Assembly: GCF_006345805.1 (NCBI RefSeq)
Contig: NC_043011.1
Span: 9,362,001-9,426,000, forward strand
From: Octopus sinensis
Lineage: Eukaryota
DNA length: 64,000 nt
Direction of reading: 5' to 3'
The number at the start of each line of letters is the position of its first letter. Position 1 is the first letter of the stretch. A program made the translations under genes and the position numbers. Below the pieces are notes generated by a model. The model had not been told where the DNA came from. It saw only the letters and a program-made list of their open reading frames with translations, and made no database searches. Positions 12,618 through 24,055 of the stretch are shown here, in pieces.

Positions 12618-13553
12618 TTTTTGTAAATTTGGCGGTGACAGCCAAGGATATGCGTAGGGTTGAAAGAAATGAATCCAGTATGCTTTGCTGGATGTGCAAT
12701 GTCAGTGTGCATGTTGGACAGAGTGTAAGCATCTTGAGAGAAAAGTTAGGCATAAAAGGCATCAGATGTGGTGTGCAAGAGAGACAAATGTGCTGGTATG
12801 GTCATGTGATGCATATGGACGAGGACAGCTGTGTGAAGAAGTGCTGATCTCTAACTGTGGAGGGAACCTGTGGAAGAGGTAGATCCAGGAAGACATGGGA
12901 TGAGGTGATGAAACATTTTCAAACTTTGGGCCTTACAGAGGCAATGACTAGTGATTGAGGCTTTCAGCGATATGCTATGCTTGAGCATTTGTGGCTGATG
13001 CTGGTGTCACATAACTGGCACCTGTGCAGGTGGCACGTAAAAAGCACCTTTCGAATATTGGGCCTCACAGAGGCAATGACTAAAACCTTTGACATTATGT
13101 TGTGCTTGAGAAGAAGCCAAGTAAAATCGCAGTCACAGCAGATATCGGTATCACACAAATGGCACCCGTGCTGGTGGCATATAAAAGCACTTTTCGAGCA
13201 TTGAGTCTCACAGAGTCAAGGACAGAGTCCGTTTGGCATTATGCTGGGCTTCGAGCATTGGTCTTCAAGCAGGCGATGACTAAGTCCGTTTGGCATTATG
13301 CCGTGCTTGAGAAGACGACGCATCAAACTGCAGTCACAGCAGATACCGGTGTCACACAAATGGCACCCGTGCCAGTAGCATGTAAAAGCATTCATTACAC
13401 TCTTGGAGTGGTTGGTGTTAGGAAGGGCATCCAGCCATAGAATACCATGCCAAAACAGACAGGAGTCTGGTGCAGCCTTCCAGCTTGCCAGCCCTGGACA
13501 AACTGTCCAACCCATGCCAGCATGGACAATGGACTTTAAATGATGATGATGAT
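12618..13553 (+). mobile_element. 5'-truncated RTE-clade LINE (ORF C-terminus, 3' UTR with hairpin repeats, (GAT)n tail)
   Basis: Translation ERQMCWYGHVMHMDEDSCVKKC..VEGTCGRGRSRKTW fits the RTE RLRWFGHV...GRGRPRKTW terminus. Shared 3' block GGAAGGGCATCCAGC...CCAACCCATGC...TAAATGATGAT. Confidence 0.88.
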
Positions 13554-13575
13554 ATATGTCTGTATATATTTATAC

Positions 13576-13637
<62 letters not shown>

Positions 13638-14201
13638 CGTTAAGCTTAAAAGTGATGCACATTTCTGACTCAAGGTAGATAGAACAAACTGCTCCAAATC
13701 GTTATTATAGCCTCTGTGTGTATGGAATCAGGACTGGTTGGCTTGGACTGACATAGAGTTGCATAATGTATAATAATGAAGCCAGGCCAAGTAATATGTT
13801 TAACCTCTAAGATAATTATGCAATAGAAAAAAATAAAAACACAGGAATTTCGTCTCTTATTCAAAATCTTCCACATCAAAATATCTATCTATCTGTTCAT
13901 CTGTCTATCCATTCTATCATTCTACATATTTTATCCATTTAATATATGTATGACCAATATCCATTGAAATGAACACAAATAGATTTGAGTCTTGACAAAG
14001 GAACATTTTGGTGTGTAGAAATTTTGTACAGACTGAGTTGTATAAGGAGAAACAGGACCAGTGAGTAAAAGAATGTAATAATTTTTAGGAATGAATTCTA
14101 ACCCCAGGCTCTGTTATTGGAATTAGACACTCAGCCACTCACACAAATGCACATTAAAATATATTGACTAAAACTATATGTGTGTGTGTGTGAGTGTGTG
14201 T

Positions 14202-14499
14202 GGAGGCGCAGTAGCCCAGTCATTAGGGCAGCAGACTCGCAGTTGTAGGATCGCGGTTTCAATTCCCAGACTGGGTGTTGTGAGTGTTTATTGAGTGAAA
14301 ACACCTAAAAGCTCCATGAGGCTTTGGCACAGGGTGGTGGCAATCCCTGCTGTACTCTTTCGCCAGAATTTTCTCTCACTCTTTCTTCTGTGGGCCTGCT
14401 CGCTTAGCCAGCAGGGTGGTGTCATTTGAAGGCTAAAACAATGTGAAGTGCATTGTGACCGGCGATGTGTAGCAACATCTGATAGCCTGGTCGGTCACG

Positions 14500-14505
<6 letters not shown>
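14202..14505 (+). mobile_element. tRNA-headed SINE family D
   Basis: GGAGGCGCAGTAGCCCAGTCATTAG (A box) and GGTTTCAATTCC (B box) head. Relatively GC-rich body between (TG)n and (TA)n(GA)n. Confidence 0.7.
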
Positions 14506-14562
<57 letters not shown>

Positions 14563-15705
14563 TTTCACCATAATAGACAATAGAAACTGAAGATAGTTTC
14601 GATATAAAAATGAAGAATGAACTTTATTCAATCAATAAACATTGACGATAATCATTGTTGTTGGATGAGATAACAGTAATTTTATGAAGTAGATAATTTT
14701 GAAATATCAGCTGTAACCAGCCTTCTTTCAATTGACCATAATGGCATTCAACTGACAGGTCATTTATGGACTCTTGGTGGTCATTTAATAGATTTTTATA
14801 TGACCAGAAAAGGTAGTATTAATAACAAGCTCATTATATACAGTGCTTTAGGTGCACGACAACTGATCAGAAAAAGTAACAGCACACAGAATATGCACAG
14901 AAAGTGAACAGTGAATGAGTTTAGAAGAAACAAGAGGGGGGGGGGGCTTCAGCTGTACGATTAGACTCTTAACTCTTAGTCCATATTTAATGTCAATGTT
15001 CCATTGAGTCTCTAGAGAAGATATTTCATTCTTTCTTCACTGCACTAATGTTTACCCCCTGAGATACTCATCACTCTCTGCCGCTGCCAACAGCAGTGGC
15101 AGCCATTCAAGAATTTGGACCTGGAGATCTTCATTTCCAGCGACTTCGAGGGCCACCTCCCAGTGGTGTCGGGTATCAACGAAGAGCCCTCGACTACAAG
15201 ACGACCAAAGTATTTTTTTTTTTCAAGGTCTGGGGTCTCCCCCCCTAAGCCCTAGACCATCACCTAATCACACTTACCCGTCTTGTTGCTTAACAACAAC
15301 AACAACAACAGCAGCGGCAGATGGCGTTTTTTTGTCCTGACCACTTCTCGACTGGACGGGCCCTTGGAATGATGGGCTCTCGGGGCCACAATGTGCATTT
15401 GAGGTGTTGATATTCACTGAGTCCTGCAATTCACATCAGTTCACATGGACAGCCGTGCTCTTTGTCAACAAACGAGCTGAGTGACCCCACCACTGTCCAG
15501 GGTTTCGGTATTTGCTGCTGCTGCTACTACTACTACTGCTACTACTACTACTACTGCTACTGCTGCTGCTGACTCATCTAAATTCTACAGATTTGAGAAC
15601 CAATGATGGGATACGCTTCATAGAAACTTTGTTTGGTTCACTCAGTACAACATCTGTCTGGTTAAACTAGAGATTACTATAATTTTGCCAGTGCAATCAC
15701 ACACA

Positions 15706-15760
<55 letters not shown>

Positions 15761-16811
15761 GGGCCTAACAATGGAATCTTCTTTATTGTTGGCAATTAAA
15801 CGACCCTCACCAATGAGGGAAATTGAATAAATGACAGGTGTATGTGTGAGCTGTTTCTTACACAATCACACACAATGAATTATTGATTCAATGATCTTCA
15901 AATCAATCTTAATCAGACAAAATTAAACCACTTAATTAAACAATTGTTACTCATTCTGGGGCACAAAACAACGACTCTTTGATAAATGGCTGCAAGAAAA
16001 AGAAAATATGTAAAAACAAATAAAAATTGGAAAATGGCTTCTAAAGATGCCTGCAAACTATTTTTTCTTCAGTTAAAAACTAAATATAAACAAAAGTCAT
16101 AACAGCTCCAAGAAAAGATTTACATAAATGATGTAAGGAATACTGGTAGTCTTGTGTTACTATTAAAACGTTCTGATCACTTCTAATTATGGTGCAGGGG
16201 CTAGAAATTAAACATAGACGTATAAGTCACATGTCTAAGCAGTTTGGAGACTTATGTGTGCACTTGTGTGAGTGTATAGTCTACAACGAAGAAAATGAAT
16301 CAAGGAAACAGCTTCTAAATGGTCACTGAATTAACTTTCTCAACAAATTCAGTATTTTTAGTTTCAATTCTAAGTCATGGGACAACTGGTTCTTACTAGA
16401 GATGTTAATTTCCATACAGCCTTTTTCTACCCCCCCCCCATCTCCCTCTACCAAATTCCACTCAAAGAGCATTAGTGCCTTTGACGTTATAAAAAGACAT
16501 TTGTCCAAAGTTCCATGCAATGGGACTGAACACCAAACCTTATGATTGTAAAGTAAGCTTTTGAACCACTGGCCACATAAATGTGGGTGTTTATGACAAA
16601 GCCACAACAGCTGAAATGTTAGCATCAAATAGACATGGCAGCATTTATGTCATTTCTTTCCGAAAGTATTTAAATGATGAATTGAGTTCCCATTGGGAAT
16701 TGAAGACAAGTTGCTATGTTGTGCCATTGACTGAACTGTTTATTGTGTAAGACTTTGCTAAAAGTCTTTTGGAAATTAGTGCGTTTATGTAAATCAAAAT
16801 CAAATTCGACA

Positions 16812-17197
16812 ACTGGCATCCATGCTAGTGGGGTGCAAAGAGCACTAAAAGAGCACCATATGAGGGTGATTGTTGACAGAGCGGCTAACCGGCTTCCGTG
16901 CCAGTGGCACATAAAAGGCACCATTCAAGTGTGATCATTACCAGCGTCGCCTTACTGGCACTTGTGTCCATGCTAGTAGGGTGCCAAGAGCACCATCCAA
17001 GCGTGATCGTTGCCAGTAAAAAGCACCCACTACACTCTTAGAGTGGTTGGTGTTAGGAAAGGGCATCCAGCTGTAGAAACTCTGCCAGATCAAGATTGGA
17101 GCCTGGTGCGGCCGTCTGGTTTGCCAGCCCTCAGTCAAAATCGTCCAACCCATGCTAGCATGGAAGGCGGACGTTAAACGATGATGATGATGATGAT
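16812..17197 (+). mobile_element. RTE 3' UTR fragment with hairpin units and (GAT)n tail
   Basis: GTGCCAGTGGCACATAAAAGGCACC unit and conserved terminal block; ends about 110 bp from a CASK exon. Confidence 0.85.
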
Positions 17198-17304
17198 GTT
17201 GTTGTTAATGATGAGGATGTTGATGGTGACTATTGTTAGCGATGCTGATAAAGATCGTGTTATGATGATAATGATGATGACAGTGTTAATGAAGATGTCA
17301 TTAC

Positions 17305-17507
17305 CTGAGGTTCTACGTCAAGTATTGCCATAAGACTTTCAGCATGTATATGTCGTATTGTTTCTAATTTCGTTCCGTACATAGCATCTTCATGTGTTCC
17401 ATATTCTAAATATTCGTTAGCTTCTATATCAGCCATCATTTTCTTTCGTGTCACAAAATAGTAATTTTTCCCATTTTCTTCATCTTTTCGAGGCGGTCGT
17501 GTTGTGT
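17305..17507 (-). CDS. CASK: CASK exon, guanylate kinase domain ([19 protein letters not shown]...[21 protein letters not shown]...AILDVEPQ)
   Basis: Acceptor cttcag, donor gtaatg, 203 nt, phase 1/0. Very high similarity to CASK GK. Confidence 0.97.
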
Positions 17508-17916
17508 CTGAAGAGAAAGACAAAGAGAAAATGATTTCTATACCAAAAGAGATTTAATTAACAAAGTCTACAACTGAGAAATAATTATTGCATTTGTTTA
17601 GCTTAACAAGCAGTTCTATGATCAGAGGCATTCCAATCATGACCAACCCATTTTTCATCTCTTATGTTGTAGGGTTGATTTAAGGGTATTTGGCTGTTAT
17701 TTTTAGCACATACAGGTTCTCTTGTTAGCTTTAGTAGAGGTCCTAAAGTGACTGACCATTAAAACATGAATTACTGCAGGTATATATATATATAAAATAA
17801 AAATTGAAAATTTGAGTTTTTGAGGATATTTTTATTCCATAGTTGACAGTTGTTTCAGCAATTTCATAGTGATTAATTGTCATGGGGATACTAATAATGA
17901 TAATAATAATAATAAT

Positions 17917-18169
17917 AGTCAAGATGATGAGCACGATTTGATTGTAAGATATTTTATTAGTTGAACGATATTTCAATAGTATGTCTGTCTTTGTCAAGTT
18001 CAAAATAAGAAGTGATAAAAATTCAAAATTACAGAAATTTAAACGTTTAAATTTCTGTAATTTTGAATTTTTATCACTTATTTTGAACTTGAAAAAGACA
18101 GACATACTATTGAAATATCGTTCAACTAATAAAATATCTTACAATCGAATCGTGCTCTTCGTCTTGACT
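17917..18169. repeat. 253-bp near-perfect palindrome with no spacer (foldback/MITE-like)
   Basis: Arms 17917-18044 and 18045-18169 are reverse complements around AAAC|GTTT, with a few substitutions and one 3-bp indel. The mirror-image ORFs 17743-18105 (-) and 17981-18298 (+) confirm this. Confidence 0.95.
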
Positions 18170-21100
18170 GTTTACCTTTGTGAAGAATTACGTCAATCCT
18201 GTTTAAAATATAATAATAATAATAACAATAATAATAATAGAACACCCCTCCTGTGTGACGAGTGGTACGTGCTAATTGTTACAAATACAGTGATGTAGGA
18301 AGTTGGGTCAGCAAAGTCAGTCATAGATAGTTGTGTCTTATCTAACTAACTATACTGCTATACCAGAGTGGACGTTATAACAGTCTGACGTTGGATTACA
18401 ACACTAAAATATAATAATCATTATTGTGTGTCACCTGGTTGTTTTTATGACTAGGTACGTCACATCTCTGTATGTTGGCTAAAAACATTGGTAATGAAAA
18501 GGGCATCTGACCATGAAGCGCTGCTTGAGAAAAACTATCCGACTCATGCCATTGTGGACGAGTAGACACAAAGCAGTGATGACATTGACGATACTTATCT
18601 CGATTATCAAGAAATTATTGTTTTCTTTTTCTTAGTTTAACATATCAAGGCTAAGCCCATACTGGGGCAGTGATGTTCTAAGTCAGTGCTCCAGTATGGT
18701 CTTAGCCTTGTTATCTTAAAAGCTGGGATTAACCAGATAAGGTTATGTACTCCACTGCATAAGCTTTTATTCTCTGAACATTTCCAGACAATCTGCCTGC
18801 TCTTCTTCATAGTTTGGTGTATAAAATTGAGTTAGCAAAATAAAGAATGATGTGAGCTTGCTACCTCTGGGTTTGTAGTCTAGTGGCATACCCTCTTGAT
18901 TGATTTTGTGTGAATGAAGAGTTAAGTTCACATCATTAAATGAATTGCTTAATTAAGGTCAATATATTAAAATTCAATAATTGAATTCTAGCACCAATAC
19001 TCTACAAGAGTCGGTTCGGTAAATGGTTGAGTGAATTCTAAAAAAAAGGTAAATGATCTGCAAGACTGAGAATAACTGATCTGAGGCGGCCAGAAGAGTT
19101 CTTTTATAAACCGCTGATCAAAAGGTGTACAAGAATTGCTTTAATAGAGATGCTAGTATCAAAAAGTCAAAGAATTCTTTAAATCAATGTCTGTTGAAGA
19201 TGTAAACTAGTATCTCAAATAATTGCATGTATCAAAGGATCCATATTAGTTCTCTCTGTTGCCAGCATCAAGGGATCAAAAGAGCAGCCAATAGTCGCTA
19301 CTTATCAATAGATCCCCTGACAATTCCTCTACTAGTTTCCATTGGAAAGAAATAATTTCAATGCCAAGCTGCATCTCTTTGATACCAGGCCGTTTCCTTA
19401 TTGATTAAACTTTGAAAGCTAATTATGCATTCTCTCTCCTTCCTCTTCTCTCTTCTTACAGTAAATTAAACAACATTTCATATAAGAGGCTTCATTCACA
19501 TTCCTGTTTTATGCATCAGTGAACAACACTCCTTTCCACCCCACCCCCCTCCTTTGCTCTTCCTACTCTCTTTATTTTCTGATAACTCTCCTCCTTTCTC
19601 TCTCTTTCTTACTAACTCCTTTGCTAAGGCATTATCCTTACTGTAACATTATTAAAAACATTACTGTTTGTTTACCAAGATATTTGTCGAATACGAATCT
19701 CATTTCTCTCTTCATTCTCTCCATGGATTTTCCTCTGGAGTTGGAGATTTTTCATTGCTTTCCGCTTTTTACTATCCACTCTATTTCCAGCTTCATTCCA
19801 ACATGATCAACACAAGATATTGAAAATCAACAATATTCACTTCAATGTTCTTTTCAAAAAGCTAAGTCATGTTTTAAGAAATGGAATTAGCATCAAAATG
19901 TTTGGATCTTGTTTGCTAGATCTGTAAATTTATGTTTTTGCTCATAGTCAAGTTTTAGCACCAACTGTTTGAAATAGATTCCTCTATTACACACTGTAAG
20001 AGCCTATAGAAACCACATATATGATACAAACCATAGTATAAGATAGTACCTTAGACACCTTATTATATAACACCTTGTTATACCTCAAAGATATATCTGT
20101 TACACTTCATTATATAAGTAAATATTTGCTACAGATTGCAACAATTTTCAGTACCATATTTGATACAGACTGGCACTTTAGACTGTAGTACTATGGTACT
20201 ATTATTGATACAGAGTATACCACCTAATAATATCTCAGATAATTACTTCCTGGACAGAGTCCTCTAGTAGCGTAATGTAGTTGACTCAGACTGGAGTGTC
20301 TCATAGTACCTTGGTATAACTACACACTAAACATAGATGCCAAACAGTGTCAGAAATTATAAAAAGGAAAGAAAGTTTAGTTCAGAGAGTTCTAGAATAC
20401 TTAGTTGAAATTGATTTACGGAATATTTGGTAAATCAAGATGTGGTACAAGTGGAACTAAAAACCCAGTCTTCAACAGTGCAACAATGCTTTACTAAATA
20501 GTTCCTTTGCAGCATTAAGATATTAAATTAATAATAATGACTACACGGTCTTTAAGTTGCGTTTGTGTGTGTGTCTGTGTGTTTCAAGGTAAATAACTCT
20601 TAGTTTGCTTGAAGACAGATACCCCCCACCTTCCAAAATAAATTCTACCCCCACCCTTCCTCACAGTTAACCAAAAAGTCATTCTTTATGTATTCGTTTG
20701 ACCCACAAGAAATAACGATCGAATATCCATCGAATCACACCCTGCTATCTTAAATAAGGGAACCACATTAGATAAGTGCCTGTCCTAACAAAAGGGCTGG
20801 TTACAATTTGAATGCCTTTGATCATGGGACTGCTCAGTCTGGGTAGAGCTGCAGTTAAATAACTTTACAATTAAGTAATTAAGGCACCCAACAATAAAAA
20901 CTGTTCTGCTAATGAAATATTGCAGCCCTCAAAAACTGAAAATAAAATTAGAAGTTAATCATTTTGCTGAGTTTTTACTAAAACTAAATCTATTTATCAA
21001 GTAAAATTTAAATTTTAGTTTAAAATATAACAACTTAATGAGAGTAATTTCTGTTGAAAGCTGCAGATTATAAGAGCATAAGATTAAAGATTGATTGAAG

Positions 21101-21381
21101 ACTGCCATAACTCTGAAATGGAACAATGGAAAGATTTGAACTTACCATGCAAGTTACCAAAATGTTTGTCAAACAATCTTTCCCACTTTACTAATCGCAA
21201 TAAGTTGTACCTACTTATATATTTATACTCTAGATGAACTTGGTTATCAAGTGTTTAGTTGAGCGTTTCTCAGCCCTAGGCTTCCGTGCTAAGGTCCCGA
21301 GATAAGGTTCTGAGATAAGCTAATGCTAATTTCATGATCATAATATTACTATACATGTACAACATATTGTTATAGTAATCA

Positions 21382-21774
21382 TCTCTATATATATAAAGCT
21401 GAAGTTGTCTGTGTATGGCAGGTTTGGTAGCCTTCAACTAACACTATCTCCTCCGAGACCCTGCGGCACAAGTTGACCAAAATTGAAAGTATGATAGAAG
21501 AAGGCTTGCTCTTTCTTCCATAGAAGATAAAATTCAAATCGGACCATGTTAACACCAAAAATTATTTACATCAAAAAGGTGCTTTTTTTCTATGAAAATC
21601 CCTGTTTCTTTACGATTTTTTTACTGCTGCGTCGCCATTTTCCGGTGTATTTCAACAAGAAAAATGTTCACTTAAAGAGAATAACAAACTACATAATGCA
21701 AAATTTTTACTTTTCAAAAATTCCAATTCTAAAGGGTTGAAACAAACCCGAGCAACGCCGAGCGATACTGCTAG
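21382..21774 (+). mobile_element. Non-autonomous Helitron
   Basis: 5' A|TCTCTATATATATAAAG, subterminal CCCGAGCAACGCCGAG (decayed hairpin), 3' CTAG|T. Inserted between A and T with no TSD. Confidence 0.85.
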
Positions 21775-22339
21775 TATTGTATATAGACATCATCCTGTCT
21801 AACCTATTATGTTATCAAAAAGAATATAACAACCATTGGCGATATATTTAGTGATGTCTGTAATTTATGGACACCCTATATGTATGTATGTATGTGTGTG
21901 TGTGTGTATATATATTTACCACGTGAACTATAATGAAAAAATATGAGAAAGATGTTATATAATTTTTTTTTGTGCAGGGTTCCTTGAGACGTAATTTATT
22001 TCAAGGGTTACACAAGGGTAAAAAGTTTGAGAAACACGAGTTTAGGTCAAAGCCAGTGGTGTACTAGACATTACTGAATGTTTGGTCAGTCAGTCAGCTG
22101 TGACTTTGATAGAAGTTGTTGTTCTCAACTGACCAGTTGCCAAATAACAGTAAAACACCTGTGACCTTGCAATACCACTGTATTTAGAGGGTCAAAGACA
22201 GGGAGATTGAAAACCTCAATGGTTCAGTATTGTAGATGGGATGATAACTAAAGATGTACGGATCTCAATGTTTTACTATTCAAGAATAAACTCCAAGAAC
22301 AACCAGGTGGTAACTAATACATACACACACCTTATATTG

Positions 22340-22526
22340 TTTTACCTTTTACTTGTCTCAGTCGTTAGACTGCAGCAGCCATGCTGGAGCTCTGCCTTGA
22401 TGGACTTCTATTGAATGAATTGATCCCAGTACCTTTCTATTTTAAAACTTGGTAAATTGTTTTGCCAAATTGCTATGGGGATGTAAACACACCAACACCG
22501 GTTGTCAAACAGTGATGTCAATCCCA

Positions 22527-22568
<42 letters not shown>

Positions 22569-23230
22569 TCATCATCATCATTTAACACCCGCTTTCCATG
22601 CTAGCATGGGTTGGACGATTTGACTGAAGACTGGCAAACCGGATGGCTGCACCAGGCTCCAATCTGATCTGGCACAGTTTCTACACCTGGATGCCCTTCC
22701 TAACACCAACCACTCTGAGAGTGTAGAGGGTGTTTTTACGTGCCACTGGCACGAAGGCCAGTCTCGCAGTACTGGCAACGGCCATGCTCAAATGGTGTTT
22801 TTTACCTGCCACCTGCACAGGAGTCAGTCCAGTGGCACTGGCAACGACCTAGCTTGATTGTTCTGTTCACGTGCCAGTAAGGCAACATAGGTAATGTTCA
22901 CGCTCAAATGGTGCTTTTTACGTCCCCACCGGCACGGAAGCCAGACAGCTGCTCTGGCAGTGATCCTGCTTGGATGGAGCTGTTAGTGCTCCACTGGCAC
23001 AGGTGTCAGTCATCGAATTTGGCTCAATTTCGATATATATATTTATATATATATATATATTACACATACATATATATATATATGATGGGCTTCTTTCAGT
23101 TTCCGTCTACCAAATCCACTCACAAGGCTTTGGTCAGCCCAGGAAAAGACTTGCCCAAGGTGCCATGCAATGGGACTGAATCTAGATCCATGTGGTCGAG
23201 AAGCAAGCTTCTTACCACACAGTCACACTT
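22340..23230 (-). mobile_element. SINE family A interrupted by an RTE 3' fragment (22566-23025, -)
   Basis: SINE 3' part at 22340-22520 and 5' part at 23085-23230. The RTE terminal block and hairpin units lie between them inside the SINE's TA run. Confidence 0.8.
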
Positions 23231-23444
23231 GGGAAATAATTTTCATTTTTTTCCCATTGATTTTAATTGGTCAATGTAAAATTTTTAATTTCTAATTAAT
23301 TGCAGAGTACTTAATGAATAAATGCCTTGATTAGATAAGGCGAGTGTTGTGAGAGGCATGCACGCACCCCCCCCCCCTCTTTAACCCGTTCATCCACCAG
23401 TTGTGTGCTGTTGTTCAATATGGCCAACTGTAGAACATACTTAC

Positions 23445-23525
23445 GTGGAATGGGATAAGCAAATTTGTTTGGATGACTTGTAATTAATGTGTTTTTGATG
23501 TGCCTTCGTCCAACACCATGTGCGC
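23445..23525 (-). CDS. CASK: CASK exon, guanylate kinase domain ([27 protein letters not shown])
   Basis: Acceptor caccag, donor gtaagt, 81 nt, phase 1/1. [15 protein letters not shown] is identical to CASK. Confidence 0.96.
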
Positions 23526-23734
23526 CTGGTGGAAAAGACAAAATTTTGAAGAAAAATGAATTGTTAGATACATTTTGATAATTGCTAGGTGGGGGTGAGG
23601 GTGGGGGAATTGTTAGGTGGGGGTGAGGGTGGGGGAATTGGTAGAGCAAAGGGAAAAAATTTAGTATTCAGTTACATCCCTTTATACTGCATGTTCAAAT
23701 GACATCGAGGTTAATAAATACCAGTCAACTATTG

Positions 23735-24055
23735 GGGTCAATTCGAGCATTAGACTGCAGCCATGATGTGGCACCTTCTTGAAGGATTAAATTGACCCCA
23801 GGACTTATTCTTTTTAAGCCTGGTACTTCTTCAAACATTCTCTTTTGCCAAAGTTCTAAGTTACAGGGATGTAAACAAACCAACACTGTCAGGCAGTGGT
23901 AGGGGACAAACACACACAGATGATTGATTTCTTTCGGTTTCCATTTACCAAATCCACTCCTAAGGCTTTGACACTCATGCAAGGTTCCACGCAGAGCGTT
24001 TGAACCTGGAACCATGTGATTCAGAGGCAAGTTTCTTACCCCGTGGCTATGACCT
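23735..24055 (-). mobile_element. SINE family A, diverged copy
   Basis: Same head, core and tail motifs. Confidence 0.7.

Noticed and set aside
14202-14280. tRNA gene calls at SINE heads (also about 5000-5058 and 32370-32460)
   Set aside because: A and B boxes are present but there is no complete cloverleaf, and each continues into a SINE body.
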